A DNA stretch of 64,000 nt. It comes from the human T2T-CHM13v2.0 reference genome, Homo sapiens. Shown piece by piece: positions 26,281-39,581 of the stretch. The DNA lies in assembly GCF_009914755.1 (NCBI RefSeq), contig NC_060927.1; one strand, written 5' to 3'. Made by a program: the position numbers and the translations under genes. The notes under the pieces were generated by a model, which was given only the letters and a program-made list of their open reading frames with translations, searched no databases and was not told the DNA's origin. How positions within the stretch are numbered: the stretch's first letter is position 1; the number at the start of each line of letters is the position of its first letter.

Positions 26281-29200
26281 ATGAAAGGATCAGATTCACA
26301 CAAAACAGTATTAACCTTAAATGTAAATGGGCTAAATGCCCCAGTTAAAAGACACAGACTGGCAAATTGGATAAAGAGTCAAGACCCATCAGTGTGCCGT
26401 ATTCAGGAGACCCATCTCACATACAAAGACACACATAGGCTGAAAATAAAGGGATGGAGGAAAATTTATGAAGCAAATGGAAAGAAAAAAAAAAAGCAGG
26501 GATTGCAATCCTAGTCTCTGATAAAGCAGACTTGAAACCAACAAAGATCAAAAGAGACAAAGAAGGGCATTACACAATGTAAAGGGATCAATTCAACAAG
26601 AAGAGCTAACAGTCCTAAATATATATGCACCCAATACAGGAGCACCCAGATTCATAAAGCAAGTCCTGAAATACCTACAAAGAGACTTAGACTCCCACAC
26701 AATAACAGTGGGAGACTTTTACACCCCACTGTCAATATTAGACAGATCAACAAGACAGAAAATTAACAAGGATATTCAGGACTTGAACTCAGCTCCAGAC
26801 CAAGCGGACCTAAGAGACATCTACAGAACTCTTCACCCCAAATCAACAGAATATACATTCTTCTCAGCACCACATTGCACTTATTCTAAAATTGACCACA
26901 TAATTGGAAGTAAAACACTCCTCACCAAATGCAAAAGAATAAGAATCATAACAAACAGTCTCTCAGACTGTGGGGCAATCAAATTAGATTTCAGGATTAA
27001 GAAACTCACTGAGAACCACAAAAGTACTTGGAAACTGAACAACCTGCTCCTGAATGATTACTGGGTAAATAACAAAATTAAGGCAGAAATAAATAAGTTT
27101 TTTTGAAACTGATGAGAACAAAGAAACAAAGTACCTGAATCTCAGGGACACAGCTAAAACAGTATTTAGAGAGAAATTTAGAGCACTAAGTGCCCACAGG
27201 AGAATGCAGAAATGATCTAAAATTGACACCGTAACATCACAATTAAAAGAACTAGAGAAGCAGGAGCAAAGAAATTCAAAAGCTAGCAGAAGGCAAGAAG
27301 TAGCTAAGATCAGAGCAGAACTGAAGGAGATAGAGACATGAAAAACCCTTCAAAAAAATCAGTGAATCCGGAAGCTGTTTTTTTTGAAAAGATTAACAAA
27401 GTAGATAGACTGCTAGCCAGACTAATAAAGAAGAAAAGAGAGAAGAATCAAATAGACACACACAAAAAAATGATAAAGGGCAGATCGCCACTGATCCCAC
27501 AGAAATACAGACTACCTTCAGAGAATACTATAAACACCTCTACGCAAATAAACTAGAAAATCTAGAAGAAATGGCTAAATTCCTGGACACATACACCCTC
27601 CCAAGACTAAACCAGGAAGAAGTCAAACCCCTGAATAGACCAATAACAAGTTCTGAAATTGAGGCAGTATTTAACAGCCCAACAACCAAAAAACGCCCAG
27701 GACCAGACAGATTCACAGCCGAATTCTACCAGATGTACAAAGAGGAGCTGGTACTATTCCTTCTGAAACTATTCCAAACAATAGAAAAAGGACTCCTCTC
27801 TAACTCATTTTATGAGGCCAGCATCATCCTGATAGCAAAACCTGGCAGAGACACAACAAAAAAAGAAAATTTCAGGCTAATATCCCTGATGAACATCGAT
27901 GCAAAAATCTTCAATAAAATACAGGCAAACCGAATCCAGCAGCACATCAAAAAGCTTATCCATCACGATCAAGTTGGCTTCATTTCTGGGATACAAGGCT
28001 GGTTCTACATGCGCAAATCAATAAATGTAATCCATCACATAAACAGAACCAATGATAAAAACCACATGATTATCTCAGTAGATGCAGAAAAGGCCTTCAA
28101 TCAAATTCAACACCCCTTCATGCTAAAAACTCTCAATAAACTAGGTATTGATGGAACGTATCTCAAAATAATAAGAGCTATTTATGACAAACCCACAGCC
28201 AATGTCATACTGAATGGGCAAAAGCTGGAAGCATTCCCTTTGAAAACTGGCACAAGACAAGGATGCCATTTCTCACCACTCCTATTCAACATAGTATTGG
28301 AAGTTCTGGCCAGGGCAATCAGGCAAGAGAAAGCAACAAAGTGTACTCGGATAGGAAGAGAGGAAGTCAAATTGTCTCTGTTTGCAAATGGCATGGTTAT
28401 ATATTTGGAAAACCCCATTGTCTCATCCCAAAATCTCCTTAAGCTGATAAGCAACTTCAGCAAAGTCTTGGGATACAAAATTAATGTGCAAAAATCACAA
28501 GCATTCCTATACACCAATAACAGACAAACGGAGAGCCAAATCATGAGTGAACTCCCATTTATAATGGCTACAAAGAGAATAAAATACCTAGTAATACAAC
28601 TTACAAGGGATGTGAAGGACCTCTTCAAGAAGAACTACAAACCACTGCTCAAGGAAATATGAGAGGACACAAATAAATGGAAAATGGAAAAAACATTCTA
28701 CGCTCATGGATAGGAAGAATCAATATCATGAAAATGGCCATACTTCCCAAAGTAATTTATAGATTTATTGCTATCCCCATCAAGCTACCACTGACTTTCT
28801 TCACAGAATTAGAAGAAACTACTTTAAAGTTCATGTGGAACCAAAAAAGATCTCGTATAGCCAAGACAGTCCTAAGCAAAAAGAACAAAGCTGGAGGCAT
28901 CACAATACCTGACTTTAAACTATACTACAAGGCTACAGTAACCAAAACAGCATGGTACTGGTCCCAAAACAGGTATATAGACTAATGGAACAGAACAGAG
29001 GCCTCAGAAAAATACCACCACACATCTACAATTACCTGATCTTTGACAAACCTTACAAAAACAAGAAATGGGGAAAATATTCCCTATTTAATAGATGGTG
29101 TTGGGAAAACTGGCTAGCCATATGCAGAAAACTAAAACTGGACCCCTTCCTTACACCTTATACAAAAATTAACTCAAGATGGATTAAAGACTTAAAGCCT

Positions 29201-30426
29201 AAAACCATAAAAACCCTGGAAGAAAACCTAGGCAATACCATTCAGGACACAGGCATGGGCAAAGACTTTATGACTAAACACCAGAAGCAATGGCAACAAA
29301 AGCCAAAATTGACAAATGGGATCTAATTAAACTAAAGAGCTTCTGCACAGCAAAAGAAACTATCATCAGAGTGAACAGGCAACCTACAGAATGGGAGAAA
29401 ATTTTTGCAATCTATCCATCTGACAAATGGCTAATATCCAGAATCTACAAGGAACTTAAAGAAATTTACAAGAAAGCAACAAACGACCCCATCAAAAACT
29501 GGGCAAAGGATATAAACAGGCACTTCTCAAAAGAAGACGTTTATGCAGCCAACAAACATGAAAAAAAGTTCATCATCACTGGTCATTAGAGAAATGCAAA
29601 TCAAAACCACAATGAGATGCCATCTCAAGCCAGTTAGAATGGCGATCATTAAAAAGTCAGGAAACAGGCCAGGCGCGGTGGCTCACGCCTGTAATCCCAG
29701 CACTTTGGGAGGCCGAGGCAGGCAGATCACGAGGTCAGGAGATCGAGACTATCCTGGCTAACACAGTGAAACCTTGTCTCTACTAAAAATTCAAAAAATT
29801 AGCCAGGTGTGGTGGTAGGTGCCTATAGTCCCAGCTACTCAGGAGGGAGGTTGAGGCAGGAGAATGGTGTGAACCTGGGAGGTGGAGCTTGCAGTGAGCT
29901 GAGATCATGCCACTGCCCTCCAGCCTGGGCGACAGAACAAGACACCGTCTCAAAAAAAAAAAAAAAAAAAGAAGTCAGGAAACAACAGATGCTAGCGAGG
30001 AAGTGGAGAAATAGCTTTTACACTGTTGGCGGGAATGTAAATTAGTTCAGCCACTCTGGAAAACAGTTTGGAGATTTCTCAAAGAACTTAAAACAGAGCT
30101 AGCATTTGACCCAGCAATCCCATTACTGGGTATATACCCAAAGGATTATTAATCATTCTACTTTAAAGACACATGCATATATATGTTTATTGCAGCACTG
30201 TTTTCAATAGCAAAGACTTGGAACCAACCCAAATGCCCATCAATGATAGACTAGATAAAGAAAATGTGACACATATACACCATGGAATACTATGCAGCCA
30301 TAAAAAAGAATGAGTTCATGTCCTTTGCAGGGACATGGATGAAGCTGGAAACCATCATTCTCAGCAAACTAACACAGGAAAAGAAAAACCAAACACCATG
30401 TTTTCTCACTCATAAGTGGGAGTTGA
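26281..30426 (+). pseudogene. L1 ORF2p (endonuclease/RT) remnant, disrupted and Alu-interrupted
   Basis: LTLNVNGLN, IQETHL, GTRQGC motifs. RT FADD motif mutated to FANG. Many frameshifts. Confidence 0.9.
29667..29970 (+). mobile_element. AluY inserted in L1 #1 ORF2
   Basis: TSD AAGTCAGGAAACA on both sides, TT/AAAA target. Confidence 0.92.
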
Positions 30427-31213
30427 ACAATGAGAGAACACATAGACACAGGGAGGGGAACATCACACACCGGGGCCTGTTGGGGGCTGGAGGTCTGGGC
30501 GACAGATAGCATTAGGAGAAATACCTAATGTAGATGATGGGTTGATGGGTGCAGCAAACCACGATGGCATGGGTATACCTATGTAAGAAACCTGCACATT
30601 CTGCAAATGTATCCCAGAACTTGAAGTATAATAAATTTTTTCTTTGCCATTTGTCTTTTATAGTCATCATTTAATTATGCACTGTTATTATTCATTTAGT
30701 TTTTACCCTATAAATTACAGTATACATCTTTCACTTATTACAGTCTACCTTAGGTAAATGTTTTAAATATTTGCTGAAGAAGAAAAGAACCTTAGAACAG
30801 TTTAAATGGTTTTTTTTAACCTTCCTTGCCTTTTGTGCTAAGATTGCCATATAATTTGTTCTACTTGATTTTTAACTATGCAAGATGTAGTGATTATTGC
30901 CATTTTAAAGCATTAATATCTTTCACATTAATTCACATATTTATAATTTCTGGTGTTTTTCATTCTTCCCATTTTGTGCTTCCATCTGGGATCATTTTCC
31001 TTCTGCCTGAAGAACTTCTTTTAGTATTTTTTTTAACTGCAAGTCTGCTTCTGATGAATTTTCTCATATTTTATTTGAAAACATCTTTATCTTAATTTTT
31101 GAAGCATATGTAGTTGGGCACAGAATTCCAAGTTGGTGAGCACTTTAAAGATATCACTTAGTTTTAATTGAAAATTCCTCAGTCAACTTATTTTTCCCCT
31201 CCTTTGCACATAG

Positions 31214-31984
31214 TGATACAGACAGAAGGCAGGGAAATACTGGGCAGAGGAGGGTGGTCCCTGGGAGGACTCCACCCTGAAGCCTGGAACCGTGGCCCAA
31301 AGTGAGGACTTTATATCCCAATTTTCCTGCTCAAATGTTGCCTTTTCCAAAACCACCCTGGCCTGCCCTGACCCCCATTCTGTACCCATAAAAACCTCAG
31401 GCTCCACTGGCAGAAGAGTGGCAGAGAAGGAGAGAAGAGAAGCAGCAGCCAGATATTGGAGAGAAGCAGCTTAAGAGGGAGGGCTTGGCGGCGGGGACTT
31501 CAGAGAAGAGCCCCACGGGGATGGTCACATCCCAGGGGAAGATCACATTCCCACTCCATACCCTTTCCAGCTCCCTTTCCCTCTGAAAGCCAGTTCCATC
31601 AGCAATAAACTTCTCTGTATTCATCACCTTCCAATTCGTTTGTGCGACCTGAATCTTCATGGATGCTGAACAATAGCTCCAGAGTCATGAGTGCAGATGC
31701 CTGAGCTGTTCAACACTTAAGCCATCCGTGGACAGCAAAGCTAAAAGAGCACTGTATAACACACGCCCTCTGGGGCCCCAGGGGTCATAGGTATCCTCCT
31801 AGATGCTGCCTTGGGGCCGCACGGAATTCTGCTCCTGCTGGTGCCCAGAAGCACTCATCACGGCTCCTGCACCCACTCACCTGTGTGCTCCTCCTCCCTC
31901 AGGGGGTTAAGAGCTGCAGGCTGAGTAAGCGAGGCATCTCTGTCACGAGGCCCATGAAGGGGTCAGGGAAAATTTCTTGTTTCA
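31214..31984 (+). mobile_element. ERV1 solo LTR (LTR1/LTR27/LTR28 group)
   Basis: TG...CA ends (TGATACAGACAGAAGGCAGGGAAATACTGGG...CTTGTTTCA), 4-bp TSD ATAG, internal AATAAA. Confidence 0.85.
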
Positions 31985-32739
31985 ATAGTGTGTTTTCTTT
32001 CTCTGAAGTTGTTCTCTTTCCATTTGATTTTCAGCAGGCCGGCCATAATGCACGTGGCGTTGTAGAGATTCTTGAAAAATGCACTTATATGTAGTTTGTC
32101 AGTGTTGAAGAACTCTAATATCTCTTCTGTGTTATTATTTCTCTCCTCTACTTCTGGGACTCCAAATTATATATAATTAGAAGTTTTCACCGTGCCTGTT
32201 TTGCTCTTTTTTCTGTTTTCAGCTTTCCTCGTCTTTCTGCATTTGTATCACTAATTCTGTTTTCTAATTACTACTCCTCTGTTCTTCTCTGTGCACTCTG
32301 CTACTAAACCTGTATTTTCAATTCTTAATTTTAGTTGTAGTATTTTTGGATTATAGATTATTCATTTGAATTTTAAAAAATCCAGATCTATGTTAAAATT
32401 ATTTATATTTTCCTCTATTTTGTTGGATATATTAATCACAGATTTTTTTAAAAGTTCTTATCTCATAACTTCAATATCTAAATCGCCTAGATGCCTCTGT
32501 TATTCTTTTTATTATTTTTCTTGGCATTTGGCCATTTCATTCTTTTTTGTTTTAATAGACCTTTGAAATTTATATTGGATTCTGGACATTGTCTGTGAAA
32601 AATTATAGAGGTTCTGGATAATGTTACATCCCTCAGATGAGGGTTAAATTTTATTCTGGCAGATCACATTGAACCTGTCAAAGGTCAATTTTAAGCTTGG
32701 TAGGGCTGATCTACTGCAGTTTTGCTGTTACTTCTAGGA

Positions 32740-33070
32740 CAGAGGTCAACAAACCTTTCCTGTAAAGGGCCAGATAATAAATACTTCAGAGTTTGTAGGC
32801 CATATGTTCTGTGCCATAACTATTAAACTTTGCTGTTATAGCAGAAGAGCAGTGATAGACAATATGTAATTAAATGAGCTTGGCTACATTCCAATAAAAC
32901 TTTATCGACACTAACATTTAAATTTCATATAAATTTCAAATGTCATGTAATAGTACTTTTACTTTAAAGATTTTAAACCATGTAAAAATATGAAAACTAT
33001 TCTTAGCTCTAGGGACCTGCAAAAACAAGTGACAAGCCAGATTTGGCCTGCAAGTTGTAGTTGGCTGACA
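32740..33070. mobile_element. MER58B hAT-Charlie fossil
   Basis: CAGAGGTCAACAAACCTTTCCTGTAAAGGGCCAGATA...GATTTGGCCTGCAAGTTGTAGTTGGCTGAC. Confidence 0.8.
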
Positions 33071-34226
33071 AATGCACTCACATATGTCCCTTACTCCTAA
33101 GTTTGGCCCTTTTTGGTTCTTACCTGGAAGAACAGGCTTTGAACAATCCAGTCTCTGTCTCCATGGCTGCCGACTTCTCTGCTCAGCTTTTAGTTTTCTG
33201 CATACTGTTTTTCAGTGGGTTTTGAGGGTCTTATCCCGTGCATATGCTACTTAAGAATCAGCCAATGTTTGAAAGGAAATTTGTAGTGGGAATTTGGGCT
33301 GATTTCCTGAGGTGCTTTCTTAGGGCTTCACTCCTCAGGTCCCATCGGTTTGGGCAGCTTCATTCTCCAGCATATACCTCCTCAGCCAAGATTGACTGCT
33401 GCTTTCTGATTAGGCTCTCTTTCCCACTCTTTCACAGACAGCAAATCAGATACTGTCCTAAAGAGAAGAAGTTGGAATATGAATATTATTTTGTGTGTTC
33501 CCCTTCTTTCAAAGACTGTAATTCCTCAAATATTGCCTGAAATTTAAAAAATTCCCATTGTCTTCAGATAATTGCTTTATATATTGTGTCAAGCTTTTAT
33601 TTTTATTTTCAACAAGAGACTTAATCTGCTTGCTGAGAGCAGAAGTCTGTATAGCCATTTTAAATTGATATGTAGTCAAAATTGTCAATATAGATTTATT
33701 GATAGCTTCTAGGTTTTATAAGCTTAGGAAGACTGTTTCCTTATTATATTATAAAGATATCCTTCCATGTTTTTCTTCTGTAATTTTTTTCATTTTAAGC
33801 TTTGAATTTAAATTAATTTTTACATTTTAATCATTGATCAATCTGAAATTTATTTTGATAAAAGATGTGAAACGGATTTCAGCTTTTTCTTAAATAACTG
33901 GCACAATTTTTTGATTTTGATTATTGATTTGAAATGCTATACTTGAAATATATTAAATTCCCAACTGTAAAGGAAAATATTTTAGAACTTTCTACTATGA
34001 TTCACTGATGTGCGTGCCTGTCAATTTCTGAGCCAAGATTATACTATTTTAGAATATAATTTTTAGATTTACAAAGGCAGGTTAGTAAAAAAAAAATAGA
34101 ATACATTTTATTATCAGGGAAGACTATTCCATTACTCTTCATTTTCAGAAATGTGCTAGTTATTCTTTCATGTGCATTTTTCCAGGTAAACTTTAGACTT
34201 AGTTGGTCAATTAAAAAAATGTGGGA

Positions 34227-35262
34227 CAGGCAATGAAAGAAAAAAAATAGTTACGTTGGATTCATAAAAATTAAAAGCTTGTTTGCATCAAAGGACACGA
34301 TTAACAAAGTTAAAAGGCAAACTTTTAGAGTGGGAGAAAATATTTGCAAATAATGTATTTGTTAACAATTGATATCCAGAATACATATAAACTCCTATAA
34401 CTCAACATTAAAGAAATTCAAATAAAAAATGAGCAAAGGACTTGAATAGATATTTATCCAAAGGATAATGAACACAAGAAAAGATACTCAGCATTACTAT
34501 CATTAGAGAAATACAAACGGAAACCACAGTGAGATGCTACTTCGTAGTCATCTGGGTAGGTAGCATGAAAAAGCAGAAAATGAGAAGTGTTAGCATGGAT
34601 GTGGAGTAATTGGAATGCTTTTGCATTGCAGTTGGGAATGTAAAATGATGAAGCCACTGTGGAAAACAATATGGTGATTTCTCAAAAAATTAAACATAGA
34701 GTTACCATATGATTCAGCAACTCCACTTCTGGGTGTATACACAAAGGAATTTAAAACATATTTGTAAACCCATATGAATAGTAGCATTATTCACTATAAC
34801 CAAAAGGCAGAAGTAACACAAGTGTTCATTGATTAATAAATATATAAGCAGTGGTATATATGTATATACATACATATATATAAAATGGAATAGTATTCAG
34901 CCTTAAAAAGTAAGGAAATTCTGACATGCAACAACATGAATGAAAGTTGAAGACATTTATGCTAAGTAAAATAAGCCAGTCACAAAGGACAAATATTGCA
35001 TAACCTTCCTTATGTGAGATATTTATGGTAGTCAAATTTGTAGACAGAAAGTAGAATCTTAATTCCCAGGGTCTGGGGGTTGGGGGGAAGAGAGAATTAT
35101 GTTTAATGGATATAGAATTTTAGTTTGGCAAGATGAAAATATTCTGGAGATGGATAGTGGTGATGGTTGTACAGCAATGTGAATGTACTTAATGCCTCTG
35201 AATTGCATACTTAAAAATGGTTAAAATGGTAAGTTCATATTGCATATATTTTGCCATAATAA
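34227..35262 (+). mobile_element. L1MB(5-8) 3' part
   Basis: CTGGAGATGGATAGTGGTGATGGTTGTACA.CAATGTGAATGTACTTAATGCC...AAAAATGGTTAAAATGGT. Confidence 0.85.
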
Positions 35263-36129
35263 CAAATGTTTCTTAGATAAAAAAAGAAATGGGAACCTAT
35301 TTGTAGTTTTTGTTGTGATTGATGACATTGACAACTTTGTAATACTCTGTCTTACCAATAATAAGATGTGTCCTTCTATTATTCATTTTTATGTTTCTCA
35401 GTAGAGACTTGAGTATTTCTTCACAAAGGTTCTGATTATATCTTGTTTCTCCTAGATTTTCATTTGTCGTTCCTGTTATACATTTAAGTGACTTTTTTCT
35501 TTCATTTTCTTGTTTGATTCTTGTTTGAATAGAAAATAGTGTTTGATTATTTCATATGATTTTTTAACCACGCATTTTTTTCTACCATATTTTCTTAAGT
35601 ACTCTGCTAATTCTCTCAAACAAGCATTTATTGAGAACAATTTGAGTATAGAGAAACATTAGAATATTCTTGCCCTCAAGAATCTAGTCTAGCTGGGAAT
35701 TAAGGTCTACCTGGGAAAGAAAAAAAAGTAACATAAAATGAAATAAGGCTCTTTAAAAAAAAACAAAAAAACCTAGAGGACAGCCTATCTTCCAGACATT
35801 TGTTTTTTGAGGAAAATAAACCTTATGAAAACCAAGTCATGTCACCCCACTAAATTAATACAAGCTCTAAAATGGCATGCTAACCTTTATGAGATACTTT
35901 CTATTTCACATTATATTTTATTGTAATTGTAGCAGAAAAATTAATGTAGGAAGTCATTTATGTCAGGTATGGTCATATGAGGCTCCTGGGGATGACCTTG
36001 GTGTTAACTGCCTACGATGTGGGCAATACTGCATAGGCCGAGGCTGCAGATTCCTGTCCATCACTGTTCTTGAGTAGTTCCAGTGTTGGTCTGTGAATGC
36101 TGATCAGGGTGTGGCCTTCATATTAGGTG

Positions 36130-36313
36130 CAGTGCATCTCATTCTTGAGTGTGCATTTCAATTGCACTGAAAACTTATAAAAAAGCTGTTCCCTGTGCCT
36201 GGCAAGGAGTTCCTGACTCAGACCTGTTGTGCGGCTGAGATATCTGTGCTTTAACCGTGCACCCAGGTAATTCTGATGTAGGTGGGCCAGAGAGCGCGCT
36301 TTGGGAAATATTG
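36130..36313. mobile_element. MER5A-like hAT-Charlie MITE
   Basis: CCCAGGTAATTCTGATG...CTTTGGGAAATATTG end. Confidence 0.55.
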
Positions 36314-38100
36314 CTCTTGTATAGTAACATCTTCTACTATCGATGCCAAACTGCCTAGTAGGCACTGTAAGATTTTTCTTTTCACATAAAATCTTTTCAA
36401 TGTCTAATGTCATGTTCCATCCCCTGCTATGTGACTCCTCGCCACATTGGACCCTTTCTGATGGTCGTGCACGTGCTGATTCCTGCCATCTTTCTCAGTC
36501 TGGCTCCATTTTTCTGCCTCTACTATTATCCTTAGAAATTCCTTCGCCCCTTACTGTTCTGCCCAGCACAACTTATTTTCCCTGGTTGCAATGGCCTGGC
36601 TCTCCAGCAGTCTCCAGTGCCCCTGCCATGCGACATTACCACCTCTGCTGTTTCAGCTGAGTTCAAGCTATGGAAACCCTTTCAACATTTTGAGTTCGGT
36701 CCTCTCCAACTGCCACCACATTCAATTGCTCTTTACTCCAAAACCTCCATATTCCACATGCCAAGAAACCCACAGTAGCAATATTTCTCTCCATACACAA
36801 CTGTGTTAATTTTTATAGGCACATTGTAGCACATTTTCAATCTGGTCATTTATCTCCATGTCCAGCTGTTCTTCACTTCCAAATTCACATTAGTGTATTA
36901 GTAAATCTTTCATATGTTAGTCTACACATCAAAGAACCCAGTATTACCCCTCTTTTCCCAATTCAATTTATGTAAATTTTATAAACACATTGATAGGTTA
37001 AAATTTTAAATATAAATTTCCCAACAAACATACCTCCTCTGGTCACTCTAGTGAGTTTATATGTTTATAAAATTGAATTATAACACAGTAATTTTGGTTG
37101 TCCAGTATATTTATAAAAATGGATCCAGACTGGGAAACATAGCAAGACTCCATCTTGCCTTCTAAAAAAAAAAAAAAAAAAGGCAAGACGTCTGTTCATC
37201 CCCTATAAGTGTATATCCTGCCCAACTCTTAATTTCTGGGCTCCTCATAATGAAAAGTTTATATAGAGTTGCCTGGACCTATGTAACATTTCGTATGGCC
37301 ATTGACTCCATTTATGGTGAAATCTGAATCAGCAATTCTCGTGGATGTCCACTCTTGTTTCCCTGGGCTTTGGGTAGGGATTCACAATCTATGCCAGCCA
37401 AGAATTTTTTCTGACCACTTCCCTCTTTCCACATATTCCTGATACCTCCAGCTCAATTCCTATTCCCACTTTTTTCTTATATTTCGTGAATATCTGACAT
37501 TCTTAAAGCAGTCTTAATGTTGGGGCTGGAGGATGTGAAAATGGTCTGCATGTGAATGTTAAATAACAAGAGCATTTGGGCAGAAAGCAATTCGTTACCA
37601 TCATTGTGCATTCTGTAACTCAGCTCTATATGAACAAGGGGGTTAAGCATATCGCCCCCTGTCCCACAGCTTCCACATGTGAAGACTGTCTGCCGCTTTT
37701 CACAACTCTTCAGGCACCCTATTGGAAACTATGCTTTTCTAAAGGACCCCCGGGCAAGCTTAGCCTTCTACTGTTTTAGAGAAATCTAAAGTGGATACAT
37801 GAAAAGTGGCACAGTTGCCAACTATAATGAGATAAGGGCCCATTATTACTCCACCTCCCTGCCTAGGACAGTGACGAGGGCCATTGGACTTTTCCATATT
37901 CTGCATAAATGCCTTTTTCTTCTTAGGAAAGTCAGCAATCCGTAGTTTCTCTCTTCCCTTTCATTTACAAATCAGCATTCAATGTACCCCAGGGTACAAG
38001 GATCTAGGGCTTGGGATGCTCTTTTTAAAAGTTTTCCAATCCATGTCCTGCATTTGTCAAGGGCAGTCCTAAGAAATAGCACGAGTACTTGGCTTTGGAG

Positions 38101-38320
38101 CAAGGTTTCTCAAACTCGGCAATACTGACATTTTGAACCAGATGATTCTTTGTTGTGGAAGACTGTTGTGTGTATTGTAGAATGTTCAGCAGCATCTCTG
38201 ACCTCTACCCACTAGATTTCAGAAATACTCCCAACCCTGTCCTCCCACGTGAAAACCAAAGATGTGACCAGACATTGTTAAACGTCCCTGAGACTTAAAA
38301 TTGTCCTGGTTGAGACCACT
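38101..38320. mobile_element. MER20
   Basis: CAAGGTTTCTCAAACTCGGC...TTGTAGAATGTTCAGCAGCATC...CTACCCACTAGAT...GGTTGAGACCACT. Confidence 0.85.
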
Positions 38321-38473
38321 ACCTTAGAGTTACATTAAGCAATGTAATTCCCATGATTATTTCTTTTTAAAAAAGATACACATATCTTTTAAAATACGTA
38401 CTTTAATACACATTTTAAATATACATATATGTTTAAAATCTTTGGTATGTTTTTAAGACAATTTATGAGACTT

Positions 38474-38517
38474 TAGAGTTTACTCTTGGTCTAACTAGAG
38501 TTTACTCTTGGTCTAAC
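38474..38517 (+). repeat. Perfect 22-bp tandem duplication TAGAGTTTACTCTTGGTCTAAC x2
   Basis: Directly visible. Confidence 0.95.
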
Positions 38518-38891
38518 AGTTAATATAAAAAGACATTCATGAACTTCCCAAAAGCTAAACAAAGTGCTCCATGCAAATAAGCTGTCATCTGAGTTTATTA
38601 GAACCGAGGGCCTAGCCTGCACCACAGATACTTAATGTTAAGTACCTTTCAGCAATATTTTTATTAAACCAGGAAGTTCAGACTATGAATTAATCTTTGT
38701 GGGAAAATAAAATAAGCCATTTCTCTAAGCAAAAACTGTTTTTAAAAAATATATCTAATTTTTAAAGCTTTCATTTGGTATTTGTCTGATGCCATGCCCA
38801 CACAGTATCTGTATGTTCAATAAATATCTGATGAATGATAAACTAGTGTGTGGGGGGACTTTTGTTTGGTTCCTAAAGTATGTTCTCTCTA

Positions 38892-39057
38892 GCACTGAAA
38901 CTCAAAATGTGATCAGCAGACCTGCAATACTGTCTTCACTGTGCAGATTGTTAGAAATGCAGACTCTTAGCTCTCATCCTTGACCTACTGGGTCAGATTA
39001 TGATTGCAGTAATATACCCAGGTAATTTTTTTTGCAGATTAAACTTGTTAAGCACTG
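38892..39057. mobile_element. MER5A/B-like MITE
   Basis: TTGTTAGAAATGCAGACTCT...ACCTACTG...CCCAGGTAATT...AAGCACTG. Confidence 0.65.
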
Positions 39058-39270
39058 TCTCAGAACACTATTTCCAGAGATTATTAAAAGATAAATTCTA
39101 AGAAAGGATTCTGTAAAAAATAAATTCAGCAAACAGTGGGTTAAGTATAGTTATTTATGTTCTTAATACAGCAGGACCACTCAAATCACATCCATATATA
39201 AATTCTGACTCTCCAAGTTGGGATGTGGTAGATGTTAAGCAGTGTTTTCCAAACTTATTAATGACGATAC

Positions 39271-39581
39271 TTTTTTTTTTTTTTGAGACAGAGTCTCACT
39301 TTGTTGCCCAGGCTGGAGTGCAGTGGTGGGATACAGCTCACTGCAGCCTCAACCTCCCACGCTCAAGTGATCCTCCCAGGCTCAAGCAATCTTCCCACCT
39401 CAGTCCCCCAAGTATATGGGCACAGGTGTGCTCCACCACACCCGGCTGATTTTTGTATTTTTGTAGGGATGGGGTTTTGCCATGTTGCTTAGGCTAGTCT
39501 TGAACTCCTGAGCCTCAAGCGATTGGCTTGTCTCAGCCTCTCAAAGTGCTGGGATTACAGCATGAGCCACCATGCCCAGCC
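39271..39581 (-). mobile_element. AluJ with a ~19-bp internal duplication
   Basis: Diverged dimer containing CTCCCACGCTCAAGTGATC CTCCCAGGCTCAAGCAATC. Confidence 0.85.

Larger units (their letters stand above)
23853..30633 (+). mobile_element. Full-length inactivated L1PA7-like LINE-1 (L1 #1)
   Basis: 5'UTR GGCTGGCAAGATGGCC (YY1 motif 23863-23872), ORF1/ORF2 remnants, 3' end ATGTATCCCAGAACTT.AAGTATAATAA, degenerate TSD AAATTTTTT(G)CT. Confidence 0.93.
30640..33650 (-). mobile_element. Old L1M(D/E) ORF1/5' remnants, host to the LTR and MER58B
   Basis: CTTCTGCCTGAAGAACTTC..TTAGTATT and CTGGGACTCCAAATTATAT antisense L1M motifs. Confidence 0.5.

Noticed and set aside
27571-28662. Longest ORF (363 aa) as a functional reverse transcriptase
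   Set aside because: It is a fragment of a decayed L1 ORF2. The catalytic FADD is mutated to FANG and the frame breaks on both sides.
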